DNA from: Bilabrum cf. latius
Lineage: Eukaryota
NCBI GenBank assembly: GCA_965178125.1
Contig: OZ237768.1
Coordinates: 496,001 to 560,000, forward strand
Direction: 5' to 3'
DNA: 64,000 bases
Shown here: positions 40,852 to 53,400 of the stretch, piece by piece
How positions within the stretch are numbered: the first letter of the stretch is position 1
How the letters are laid out: each line of letters starts with the position of its first letter
Program-made: the position numbers and the translations under genes
Notes under the pieces: generated by a model
Databases searched by the model: none
Told to the model about the DNA's origin: nothing
Seen by the model: only the letters and a program-made list of their open reading frames with translations

Positions 40852-42465
40852 CCATCCTCGTCGTCCTCGTCATCAGCACCCCCTGTGGCCGCCTCACCCT
40901 CGCCCCCCTCAGCGGCTGCCGCTGCCCCCTTCAGCTATGCCCTGCCCTCCTTGGTGCAGTGCAGGTGCTTGGTGCCTGATGCGTCGCGGGACTGCGGATT
41001 CATACAAATGCAAGGGTACATGTGATTCAACGCTTGCGCCATAACGGGGTGAACGGCTGAATGCATGAAAAGCATAGCTCGCAATGATGCGCAAATGAAG
41101 CAAGGGGACGACGATTCTCACGAAAACCACGGGCCGCTTGCAGACCGGGCATCGCTACGCGTGAGTCGCAAGCGACGGCATGAACTCCGCGTAAGCCCTA
41201 TCTGAGAGACAGAACTCTTTGCTGACGGCGCACTTGCCTCTGGCTGCGAGGTCACTGGCGACCTCGGCGGACTTACCCGGCTGCGGCCTACCTGATGTGC
41301 TCAGGGGGATGAGCCAGCCCTCGGTGAGCAAATCGGCGGTGACTCTGCGAGGGGAGGGGGTAGAGGGGAAATATGGAGTGAGAAAGTCAGTGGAATGGAT
41401 CGAGACGGGTGGCAAGCGGGGGAGGGGTGGCAGTACCCTAAGCTACGGAAGCGAGTGGTTTAGGTGGCACCACACGTCCGAGCCATGGCACGCTGTGGCA
41501 CTGAACGGCACACTTGGTCCCATAGGCACACTGAATACTGTAGGAGAAGGGCAAATGCTCACCTGTGGGGTCTGTGCAGCTTGCTCTGGCGAAGGTTCGA
41601 CACGCTTCGATCCATGCCTGTGGGCGCGGGGGCCCCGTCCCGCTGCTGGGCAGTTGCCTTGATGTTGCCGACCAGCTCCTTGATGGACCCGTAGTCTAGT
41701 TTGCCTTCCCTGCGAGCGAGTTGATCATGGAGAGAGAGATTATATCGCGGGAGGGATGTTGATGGAGAGAGCGTACCACGAGGGGATGCAAGCGTTCTGT
41801 CAAGCTTGCGATGCTAGCCTGGTAGTGCTGACGCATCGCACAATGCCTCGTAGTAATGGCATTCACAGGTAAAAGCCAAAAATACAAGCCCGGCGACGAC
41901 GTCCCCTCACCCATCCGTGGCTACGTACTGGACGATCATGTCCAGAACGAGCACCTGCCAGTCGTCCAGGCCGGCACCCTTCCTCGTAATGTCATCTGGG
42001 TTCTGCGGGACGTGGCATTCATAGTTGAGAATGACATAAGTTGGCCGTTGTGGCTCGCCTCATTCCAAGCTGCATGGATACCACTGGATTTGCAATGTAC
42101 TCACCCTGTCCACTAGCGCTAGCATCTTCTTCCCATTAAGCTCGCTCGCGAACGCCTAAAAGTACATCCCAAACTTTTCAATTGATGAGTTGACTTGCTT
42201 TAGGCAACTTTGAAACGTTTTGGGATCTCTAGAGGCTGCGTCTTCTCCTACGGGAGATTTGAACTCCTCAAGTGCGAACTCAAAATGGTCCTCAGCTTCC
42301 CCTACAGTACAACAGCGCTGTGCCTGCGCAACTTTGATAAGGCGAAGAATGGTTATTTCTTGTTCTACACCCAATCACTCCAAGCACGTGAACAAATAGG
42401 GCCTACCTTACGGCAAGCAGCTGAAAAAATGCTCGGTGGACATCCGTCAACTTTGCAAATTCCAT
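40473..42465 (-). CDS. NSE1: SMC5/6 complex subunit NSE1 (~417 aa) with a reduced RING and an acidic/RG-rich tail; 3 in-frame TAG
   Basis: Six exons: 42465-42412, 42323-42105, 42002-41911, 41709-41563, 41344-41122 and 40991-40473, with GT..CAG introns in phase. N-terminus LTDVHRAFFQLL resembles NSMCE1 MTDVHRRFLQLL. Also LALVDR, LLTEGWL, LSDRAYAEF.P.L and CPVC...HLHC. It ends at TGA. Confidence 0.8.
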
Positions 42466-42560
42466 GACAAGTGGATGAGTCTCAAGCTCTACCATTTTAA
42501 TACTACAGAGATCGATATTCGGGGGTAAAGTATCAAGGTGTGGCTCTGTGGCAAGCAATC

Positions 42561-45552
42561 ATGCAAGGTAAATCATACAAATCCGGAGCTTCAAATACGC
42601 AGATTGCTGTGGAGCACTGATTGCCCTTGAACGAGGTCAGAGAGAACAGGCAAAGCCTTGGTCTATTTTCTTATATTCTCCCACCTTGTGAAACACCGCT
42701 TTATACCATGGTGTCGCTGTGAGGGCTGTGATATCGAGCTGAAGGTTGAAATGCTTGCCTTCGGTGATTTTAAACTTCAGCTGTGAATTACCTTGCAAGT
42801 AATCGCAGGAAAGGCTACGTGATTCAGGCGGTTTCTGCAAAGAATAAGGCGCAACTGCATCGGATTTTACAGAAAATAGCATGCCCTGACATCGTTGATA
42901 GTGTGAGGGCAGCTGCAGTCTCTTGTGTTTGCTCTCGACAGTCGCTGCAGTGGCGAGCACCGATCAATTCAAAGCTGTAGATTCGCTTGATTCGAAATTT
43001 CTATATGAATACTTCATATTTACGTTCAGACCCCGCCAAATAGATCTGTGATTCGGAGGAGGGTAGAGGCGGTTGGTTGCACCTCACGCTTCTACTTATT
43101 GAATGCAGGCTGGTTGGACGACTTTGCATCATGCGGCATACCAAGGCATCACGAGTTCAGTTGAGATTGTTCTCAGATTCGGCGCTAGCGTCGACATTCG
43201 GGACAACGTGAGAGACAGAGAGACGAAGCACTTGCTCGCCTGTTCGAAACAGGACAACCTTGGATCAACTAGATCTCGATCGTTTTACGAGGCGCCAACC
43301 GCACGCAGACAGGTCGCACGCCTCTCCACTGGGCATTGGAGAGGGGTCACATGGACGTGGTGCGCATGCTGGTAGAGGCTGGCGCTGACCCGCACGGGGC
43401 GGAAGATGTGAGTGGATTCGTTCAAGCCCGGTAGCCTTACTGTACACGGCGTAATTTCAAATCCATTCCGCGGCTTTAGGTAGCGCGCTAGATCCGCCAA
43501 TGTTCCTCCTGCTTTCATGCCACGCAGGCGGTGGACTTGGCCGATCTACTCGGTGAATTCCGCATGCTCAAACCGACGCAACGATCTGATGATGCGAAGA
43601 GTGATGCCGGAGAACGCAAAAAAGAGCAAAATTGCAAAGGCAATCCGAGAAATTCGCGGCAAAGGGCCCCTCAACTGAAGGCTGCAGGGGCAAGTCTTCC
43701 AGCAGGGTCCAAGACAGCATACAATGCAGCAGGACCCAAAGCAGCAGGTGATGCACCAGGGCCAAAGACAGCAGACTATGCAGCAGCGGCAAATGCAGCA
43801 GACGATGCAGCAGGGCCCAAAGCAGCAGACGATGCTGCAGGGCCCAAGGCAGCAGGTGATGCAGCAGGGGCAAATGCAGCAGGTGTCGTAGCGGAGTCCA
43901 AGGCGTTCAGCGATGCTGAAGGTAGAGTTGCATCAGGCATTTCGGGTGCCGCGGAGGACACCCATCATACTGGATCCACCACACCCTCCGCACCCCACGA
44001 CAGAATCACTGTGCCAGATGCATCGATATCGGCGCTTGTGCCCTCTCTCGGCGGGGACCAAGTCGGGCTGCTGGGGATGACTGGGTCACTGCTAGGCAGC
44101 TCTAGCGGGCTGAGCGATATCCTTCGCTCGAATACCATCGCATCGGTAGCAACTGATGTTCCAGTCCTGCCAACGAAAGCAGTTTAGCGGGACTTGGGGA
44201 GTGATGCTGTGATCGGGGTAGCCAGCCAGCGATTGCACTCATCAGACAGTCCGCTCTCAGCTCCATCGGCCAAACCAGTCTCACTCTTTGACGACTGGGC
44301 GACTGGGATGCCAGCTGGTAGCACGGCCACTAGCCTACACGCCGGAGGCATAAGTCCTGTCGAAGAAGCAGCCCCTTCAAACGCGAGGCCTGCCCTGTAG
44401 CATCACGCATAGCACATCCACGCATGGACTCAGGAGCCCGTTTACGGCGGAAGCACCGCCCACACTCGCCGATCGATGGGCTGGGCCGCCTCAGAGAACG
44501 TTCCGATCGAGGGACTCGCGTGTGACCCCGTTGTGGCCCAAGCCACGAAGCAGTACCCTCCAGCCGCCGTTGCCGAGATATCAGCATTGCAAGAGAAGGT
44601 AAGTCGGCTCGAGTGCGAGCTGCACGGCGTCAGAGGCAGCGGCGGTGCGGGTGCGGGTGATGAGGACGGCAGAGATGCAGCAAGCAGCGGTAAAGGGAGC
44701 GGTAATGATCGGTCTGAGTTTCGAGAAGGCTCTACTGTCAAGCACGCATCCACGCAACCTATCGGCGCTAGAAGAGTCGATAGCGAGCCCGCGAAAGGCT
44801 CCTCCACCGGTGGATCTGGAACCAAGGCCTCTGTGACTGTTTTTGCGACGGATGCTTCTAGGCGTATTCACGACCAGATTGCGTCGCTGAAGAGGCAGCT
44901 AGCAGCCAAGCGCAGACTCATCGCACAGAGCAAGCCCAAATTGGATAACAACCGGAGTGCCTTTTTGAGGCGACAGCTCCGTTCGAATGCTGACAAGATC
45001 AAGCGGCTCGAAGAGCGCCTGCACAAGACGCAGGATTAGATGAAAGCAGCGAAACATGGACGACCACAGCTGACGCCAGCCGCAGAAGCAAAGGCAATGC
45101 GGCGGCAGCCTCTTCAGGCGCAATCCACCAATTCGCAAGAGGAGGTGAAATAGTCACGGCTGCACGTTGAGCTCACGGGCGGGGCCGACGAAGCTGCCCA
45201 AGGTGCCTCCACCGCTCCGGAAACAGAGCAAAGCCTTCGGGCGCAGCTGGATTATATCTCAGCCGAGTGCGAGTTGCTCAGGAAGAAAAATGCTACAGCT
45301 GAGGCCCACGTCACGGAGGTTATGAAGAGCAAAAGGACCGAGAAGGCATTTTTGTTGCGGAGGCTTGATGCAGTCAAGACTGAAAACAGGAAGCTGACCC
45401 ATCGCGCATCCTAGCTGCAGGCTGAGAAACGCAGAATAGCCCAGAGTGCGGCAGAGCTCCGAGGAAACAACGCAAAGCTGCATGAGGACCTGAAGAGTAT
45501 CCGGTAGGTTTGCGCCAAGTTGTCCTCCGAGCTGGATGCGATGCGCGGGTAA
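42561..45552 (+). CDS. Ankyrin-repeat protein with a low-complexity middle and C-terminal coiled coil; ~7 in-frame TAG
   Basis: Introns 42568-42780, 42903-43108, 43208-43308 and 43408-43527 give DIVDSAGWTTLHHAAYQG...[37 protein letters not shown]. ORFs 43531, 44194 and 44476 share a frame, joined by TAG. It ends at TAA 45550-45552 or splices onward (see findings). The first exon is tentative. Confidence 0.72.
43723..43885 (+). repeat. Imperfect 27-bp coding tandem repeat (AAGPKAADD-like, ~6 copies)
   Basis: Repeated gatgcagcagggcccaaagcagca-like units in the ankyrin gene, visible in the ORF 43531 translation. Confidence 0.8.
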
Positions 45553-45733
45553 GAGGCAGAGCGGGGCAAGCCTTTCGAGAGCGTGTAAGAAAGGCACGTC
45601 AGGCGAGATGTGCCGCTGCTGCGTGGAGAAGGTGTTGCTGGCGGTGCTGCGGCGGCGATGGGGCTTGACTGCCTCGCTCTGGTGGAAGCATCGTCTTCTC
45701 AGCTGCACACTGACCATCCGCCGAGTTTGTCAG

Positions 45734-48700
45734 TCCTAGCGATCCTGGTCAGGTCAGGTTTTCGTCACCACGAGATTCCCGTTACCAACTAGGCCTACTA
45801 GGTAATACTAGTCGCCCACTTGTGACGGAGCTATTCCCACCAGCGCAAGTTCGCCATCTTCTACGGCAAGGAAATGGGCGAGGGTGGGCTCCAAACACGG
45901 AGGATCCCAATCCGGGAATCGGGGTCCCCGATTCGGGGACAGGGATTGGACAGGGATCGAGCGTTATGATAGCGAACTTTCCATCTTTCTGCTGGGTCAA
46001 TGGCCAGCACCTCGTGGCCAAGGCGCCCGTGGGCATCGGCACGTGCCCCGTGGTCGTCGCCACCGTTATGGGCACTAGGAGTGACGACTACGACGAGCCG
46101 CTTACCTTCGACTACGCAGCCCCATTGCTCACGAACGTGAGTAAGGCCGGCAAACCAGACTAGTGGTACAGGCACGGGGAATCCGTCCAGCCGGATGACT
46201 GGGCCAACGCGCTAGTGGTGTGTGCAGAAAATCTCCCCCTCATGGGGATGGGCGGCAGCCTGGCCATCGAGGTGTCCAGCGAGCCATGTTTGAGAGTGAG
46301 GCAGCGAAACGACATGTGCCTTGAGTGCACAGGCGTGTCCGGGAGCAGCATGCGAGAGCAGCTGGCGATGGTAAAGGTGACTGTAGAGGGACAGTCCGGT
46401 TCCCTGCGCCAGTTCCTGCCCTTGCTACAGCGGCCGCAGGTGCGTATAGAGGCGGTAACTAGGGAGGGCAGTGCCCAATTGGTGCTAGAGACGGCCATTG
46501 CATAGGCGGGGTCCGATGGGACCGTGGGACTGTACGGCCGACTGACACGAGGAGCCTCTGCATCAGCAATTGGCAGCTCCGAGCGCAGGTCGCTGCAGAG
46601 GGATGACCCAGCTGCACTGGAGTAGCAGCTGGCCTCTCCCTAGACCAGAATACCGCTGTGCAACGTGTCCGCAGCAGCGGCCTAGGACGGGCAGACAGTC
46701 GTATGCGATGTGCCCGCCAACACATCCCGTCGGATCCTGGCCGTGGTGGATGCTGACCCGGCGGCCGGGTGGCAGCTTCAGGTCATGGCATGCACGGAGT
46801 TCGAGTGCTCCGACTTCGTGGGGAGGGAGGTGCAGGCGCTTGGGGGCCGCAGCATTCCCCCTCTTGGTGTGCGTGCCTTCCGGCTGCGGTCCGAGGGGTC
46901 TCTGCTGCTGGTGACGTGGCTGGCGCTAGAGCGGGACGGTGAGGCCGAGGCACTGAGCCAGGCTACGGAGATGCGTGAGGTGTCTGTGTTCCACGTGGGC
47001 CTGGGGACTGCGGGCGGAGACTTGCAGACATCGACCACTGTGGGCGCCGCGATCGAGCGGCGGGAAGAAGGATGGACATCGGTGGTGATAGGGGAAGACC
47101 TGGTGCAAACCGTGAGAAGGTGGGGAACTGCAGCCCCCCTGCTGCGTCCCTCCAACTCCAGCACGGCTGCGGACGCCAGCGATGCATCCGATGCGATGCA
47201 GCTGCCCAACAACGATACGGATGAGGCGCAGCTGCAGCAGGCCATCCAGTCGCTACGCAGTCTCCGTGGTACTTTCCGAATCGCAATATTCCAGGCAGAG
47301 GTGCAGCTGCCACGGCAGGACTGGGCGGAGGGTCCTGTATCTGTTGCCGTTGCTGGAGTGCCCGAGGGCGGTGACTACGAGCAAGCACTGTGGACGGGCA
47401 CTTCGGCCGCTATCCGGGACTCGTGCCAAGCCAGCGAGTACCTGGACCAGCAAGGGGGGCTGGAGCAGCAGCAGTGCCGGCCGTGTCCCGCCGCAGGCGG
47501 GCTGGGTGTCGCATCGGGTAATGGGACGGGGCAGGTCGCACAGTGCGGTGGCTAGCCCCTCCAAGAGGTACCTGCGTGCGATGGGTTCTGGCGCGTGCCC
47601 TGGGGCCTGAACAACGTGAGCGGGGACCCGCTGCCCTTCGCGCCTTGTCCAGACCCTCTGCAATGTGGGGGTTTCGCTTGCGGGCAGAGGCAGGACGTGT
47701 CTGTCTATGAGCTGCGGTGTGACCAGATCCTGGCTGTGGACGAGCAGCTGGGCCGCAACGAGCTGCAGAGGGCCATGGAGGACGTGGATGACGGGCTACA
47801 AAGCAGATGGATCGAGCTTACGCTGCCCGAGTGCGGGCCCGAAGACGGGCTGCTGACGGTGGACGTGCAGCAGGTAGAGGGTTGCAGGGACAATCACGCC
47901 GGGGTGCTTTGCGCTCAATGTGCGGTTGGATACAGTCTGAGCGTGGATGGAAGCTGTACGGTGTGCCGGCCTGGGCTGTCGGCGCTTCAGGTGATGGGCG
48001 GGGGACTTCTGATCGTCCTTGGGATCGGGGCGCTGTTGCTGCTGGCCCATCGTGAGGCCATGGCAAGAAGTACTGGGTCGAGCGGGGAACATGCTGGCGG
48101 TACAAAGGGGGTTGAAGACAGCGAGGACAAGTAGAAGGGATCCCCCCTGGGCATCGTGAGGGTCGTTCTAGGCCACGTGCAGGTTGTCTCCATCTCGAGC
48201 GCCGTGGTGGCCGACTGGCCCAAGGGATTTCTTGACCTGTTTGCAGTGTCGGATGCTGGTACATCTGCGGGCGTTGACCTGGCCTCCCCGGACTGCATCG
48301 CGTTCTCTGGGGTGGATCGAGGGCTAAATCCGGTGCATGGAATCAGGCTGGGCCAATCTCCGGTTCTACTGCGAGTGATCATGGCATTCATCCTGCCGGT
48401 GCTGTTGGTGGGCTTCGCGGCTCTTGCGTGCTGGGGGTTGCCCGAGTGGGTTCTCAGGGTGGTGGCGGGGCAGGAGGTGGAAGAAGAGGAGGGGGGGGAG
48501 ATCGCCAAGGTCGTTTCAGGATTGCTTGGAGTAGGTGGAAAGGGCAAGGACAAAGAGGGCATCAGCAGAGATGGGGATGGCAAGGCTCTAGCCGCCTCCA
48601 CGGGGCCGGCCATGGCAGCGAGTCCAATATCAGGTACAACGCCACGCAACCTCCTCGCCAGCCCTATAGGTGCATCAAGAGGAATTAACCCGCGCGGTGC

Positions 48701-50039
48701 CGCCCCTACTGGCACAGCGCCTGGATTCATGGCCTCTAATCCGGCGGCTTCACAGGGAGCTGCTGGCGCGTGGCGTGGCAGCAGGAGATCCAGCATGCCA
48801 GCGGTAGGCACATGGAGCGGCATCGGACGTGGAAATGGCTTGCGCAGTGACAGCAGCAGGGGGCATTTAGCAATTGCGGCCACTAGTTTGCCCGACCTAG
48901 AAGGTTCCAAGCTGTTCGGTCGAGGGACCATCCCACCGAGTCCCCCAAGCCCTCCGTCTGGATATTGGCCGAGTCTCAAGGACCGGGTGATCCTGTCATC
49001 CACGGCGATCATGGCTCTGCTCCACGCCTTTGTGACCACGCAGGCCATGCAGCTGCTCGTGTGCCAGCCAGTGGGGCCAGGGACAAGCCCCACGGACGCG
49101 ACGGAGGGGGGGTGGACGGGGCGAGCATTCCAGTCGCGGCTGGCGGCGGATCTTGACGTGCGGTGCGACTCGACTGCGAGTGCAAGGGCGGGCGTGGGAT
49201 TGATGATCCTCGTGCTGTTCTCTCTCGGGGTACCCCTTGGACTGGCCGTGGCAGTGTGCATGAGGCGGCTCAAGTCCCCCCGCAGCAAGTACCAGATGAG
49301 CTACATGGTGTCCAGCTATGCCCCACATGCGCCGTTCTGGGAGAGCGTTGCGATGCTGCGGAAGGGTCTGCTGGCAGTGCTGGTGGCAGGGCTCAGGCCG
49401 GTGGGTGCCTCCATGCAAACAGCCGTTGCTGTAATGATCATCGTGGGCAACCTATGGGCCATCACGCAGTATCGGCCCCTGAAGACAGGGCTGGAGAATT
49501 GGCTGGAGCAAGTGTCGGCCGTGGTGCTGCTCATCACGCTCATGCCTGTTCTGATGCTGCCTTCGTCATTCGAATCGGTGCTGGCGGAGCAGCAGGCGGC
49601 ATTCGATGACCTGGGGGGTCAGGAGCGTCTTCGAGAGTCTCTGGGCGCGTTCGTGTTCTGGGCCAACGTTCTGTTCTTTATCCTTGTGGGGATGTGCCTG
49701 GTGATTGAAGTCGTCCCCCGGGCGATGTTGGTTTGGATGCACGGATGGATGGTTTGGGGGTTGCACACGGTTCAAGATGGATTGTCGGCCTGTGGGGTAG
49801 ATTGCGGGTGCTTGGCACAGAGTGGCGAAAGAAAGGGTAGGATCATGAAAGCTGCTCAGGATGAATCGACAGGTGTGAAGGAGAGCAAGGGCGGGAGTGC
49901 TGCTCGTGCAGACTCGGGGAATGGCGAGCCTAAGGATGGCATACAGGACTAGGCGGGTGAGGTGCAGACGCGGAGCCCGCTGGCGCTACTGCAAGGGTTG
50001 CAGGATTTGCAAGCTGGGACTAGTGCCCAGGAAGCCTAA
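45734..50039 (+). CDS. Large multi-pass membrane protein with an Ig/IPT-like and Cys-rich ectodomain; 5 in-frame TAG, ends at TAA; 5' end unresolved
   Basis: ORFs 45822, 46215, 46710, 47595 and 48156 share a frame, joined by TAG (46161, 46503, 47553, 48132, 49950), ending at TAA 50037-50039. Contains TFDYAAPLLTNVS, GFWRVPW, CRDNHAGVLCAQCAVGY..SCTVC, several hydrophobic helices and a Y....PFWESVAMLRK motif common in protist multi-TM proteins. Confidence 0.75.
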
Positions 50040-50443
50040 GCTGTATCGTTCCTTAGTGGCAAGGTCACAATCCTTCGTCTGACGCCGATGTGCCCGAAGA
50101 TCTAGACGTGTTGGAGGCATCCTTAGACGAATCCTACCGTTTACTCTGTCTGAAGCAGTTGAAATTGGACCTATAAATGCTCACAATTCTTCAGTATCAA
50201 TGAAGAGAGGCATACATGGGCTCCGTATCCCCGCCCCCCGCGGGATAAGCCTCCGCGTTGCATATAGGCTTGCATCCAATTGATTGACTCGAATCCTCGT
50301 ATCCAGTTATATCCCGATGACAAGGTTCCTGAACTTTTCTCCTTGTTTTACAAATGTAAGCAAGCAAGAGCAGCATATCCGGACGGGTTTGTCAGAAGTT
50401 TTGATTCTAAAACAAGACTAGAGCTAGTTATTCTCGTTTTAAT

Positions 50444-53400
50444 TCAATTCCCATCCTCTCTTTCCACCCCCTGCACCCCGAAGGCCCCCTTCACCTCCAG
50501 TAGAGCACCGCACTCCTCTTTGACGCAAGAATCCGCATCCTCCCGAAGCAGCCAGCGCCTCCTAGCAGCTCGCTCCCAGATACAGGCCTCCCCATATACA
50601 CATGATCCAGCAACATCCGAATCAACACCATCACCACCCTTGATCTGCCCCGGCACCCTCGGCTTGGGCGCCGACCCAACAGCACCGAATGATAGACCCA
50701 TGCAGGACCTGCCTTCTTGCACACGGACACACGCCACCCGCTGACCTGTCACGAAGGACGCAACGTCTAACGGTGCTCCGAAGCCAGGTCCAGCACCGGC
50801 CCCAGCCCTAGTCCCAGCACCGGCCCCAGCCGCCGTGGCGTTCGCAGGATCCTCGTCGGCACCAGCCCCGGAGGCAGCGGGAGGAATCACGCTGCCACCT
50901 CTATGTGAGAATGGCCCATCCCCACTGGCCCCACTCGCTCCATCACCATCACCATCATCATCACCATCATCATCACCATCATCATCACTCGTCACACCCG
51001 CACAGGCCCGCAGCCCTTCCTCACTCTCTGGCCCGAACAACAGTGCCCTTAGCGCCAGAATCGCCTAGGACGGATCCAACCTCAGCTAGGGCAACGGCTG
51101 CTGCAGCCCCCTCAGGATCGCCTCCAGCCAAGGGCCAGCCCGCCTCAGCCTGGGAATCTTCGCAGGGTCGTACACGAACCCGCAATCAGGCAACGGCCCC
51201 TCGTCTTCCCTTGGACCACCACTCCCACTGGAGCCAGCAGCAGTTGCAGTTGCACCGCTTGCAAAGGCACCAGCACCCGAGCTGGCCCCTTCCTCTCGAC
51301 CTGCACCTGCTGCCAGCACGTTCCACACCATGCGACTTGCGGCCCACGCATCTGCGGACTCGTATGCCTGATCCAGTGTGACGAGTGGAGCCCCTTTCGA
51401 ATCAGTGGCCCACTGCCCCTTGTTCATCGCAGTCAGCTCCGGTGCCCTGGTCACAGCCGCACCGTGCTCGTTCAACTCCTCCGAGGCGAAGGCAACGGGG
51501 ATTGATCCCGCGCCCGCACCCTCAAAAGCAGGCGGACTGCTTCCAGTGCTTGCCCCAGACCTCCCGACAGCAGAGCTTGCACCACCACTAGCACCAACAG
51601 ACACGCGCCCTGACCTTCGCCGCATCGTCTCCAGAAAGCTACTGCCGCCCGACGACCCAGCCGCACCACCAGCACCACCACCTGCATCAAGTCCATTGTC
51701 CGCCCCAGCTGCCCTGCCCCTGGCATCCGCCTCCATTTTCCTCCTGCCCTCTGCAAACTCACGGTCCAGCTCAGAGGCATGACCGCCTTTATACAGCAAC
51801 CGACCGCACCCAAAATCGCCCAGCACCAGGCGCCCGTCTGCAGCCAGGAAGAAATTGTCCGCCTTGATATCACGATGCACCGCCCCGTGGGCTAGCATGT
51901 GCTGGGTGGCCTCCAGAGCCCCTAGCAGCCATAGCGCCGCCTCCCTGGGCCCCGTGCACGGCATGTCCTCTACGGCCAACTTCAGGCTCGTGGGGTACCG
52001 GGGCATGACGATCCACGTGGTGCGTCTGGCCACCACGCCCAAGTCCATCAAGCCCCTGCGCACCCAAGGTATGACGAGTGCGGAGGATCCGAAGAAGGAG
52101 TGCAGAACAGGCACGATGTGCGGGCAGCTGGTGCCAAGCACCCGAGGCACCCTCCATTCCTCCCTGTGCTTGTTCACCACATCCTGGGAGTAGTAGGTGC
52201 TCGTGTTGGCGAATGGAAGCAGGCCCTTGACGGCGAGCTAGGTCACCAATCCACCGGTGGATGCTGGTGCACCAGCTCTCGTTCCGGCAGGAGCAGTCTA
52301 CGCATCGGCCGCAAAGACGAATCCGTTGACGCCGTCGCCTCCCCCTGCCTTGCCCTCGGGCAGGTTCAGCGGTGGGATGCGTCCCGCCTCTACCAGCAGG
52401 AAGGGGTCACTGGATGCGGCCGATGCAGCAGCATCTGTCGATCTCTGGATCCTCGTGGCTTTGCCCACCTCTACCACTTTGACCGCTCCGCCCACCAAGA
52501 CCTCCAGCTCCTCAGCGGCAGGCACAGAGCCCAGATCAATCCGGTTGCCGTCAGCACTGTGAACGTACTCGAGTCGGCCAGCGGCGTGCTGCATCCAGTC
52601 GCTGCATTCACGCAAAGCATTAGGCAGTGACGTCTCAATGCCATCAGCTCTAGTAGGAGCCCCATGTCTGTCAATGATTTCAGCTGCCACCTCCCTCACC
52701 CTCCCATCCCCGCCCCAAGATTCCAGCAGGTTTGCAGCAGGGGCGTACCATCGCAGCTCGGACACGGCCAGCACCGCGGCGTTAGATGGTTCCGCAAAGC
52801 CCAGCGCGAGCAATCCCCGGACGATCCCGAGAGATGCTGCCCCTGACCTGCCCGAGCCCAGCACTCCCAGCGCACGACCAACGGACCCGTCCTCACCCAG
52901 CCCCTGCCACAGCTCTCTAGCAGCTGGGTCCCCCCACAAGACAGCCAATGCATCGGCCGCCTCAGGGGCTCTAGTCTCTTCCAGCAGCATGGCCAGCCAG
53001 GCCACTGCACCCGAGTGGACAAGTGCAGCTCTGCATGCATCGCTCGATCGGGCCAGAGCCAGAGCCCACGCAGCAGGCCGATACGATGCCCCTTGGGGGA
53101 GCATGGGATACAGTCCAGTCTATGCCACTGCGTTAATACTAGGCATTAAAGCGCACTGCACTGCTGCAACTGCGTGCGGAACCAAAGCAGGATCGTCCAC
53201 GAGGCCCAGGACGAGGGCGGCTCTGCAGGCGCCTGGGGTGAGTGCATTGCACGGCAGCTACCTGGTGAGTGCAGCTTTGGCACCGAGTGCCTTGGCAGCC
53301 TGCTCATGAACAGCGCCTTCCGAAACATCGTCGATGGCCTCGGCAAGAGCGTGGCATGCAGCGTCTGCGCATTCGCCATCTCTGCCACTGGAAGCAGCCA

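Noticed and set aside
4333-49288. Long antisense or alternative-frame ORFs (e.g. 4333..5238, 12760..14004, 17026..18381, 47987..49288)
   Set aside because: These are shadows of GC-rich coding sequence, with Ser/Pro/Ala-rich translations and no motifs.
50905-51000. Poly-His ORF on the + strand
   Set aside because: It is the antisense of the Asp/Gly-coding (GAT/GGT) tract in the kinase C-terminus.
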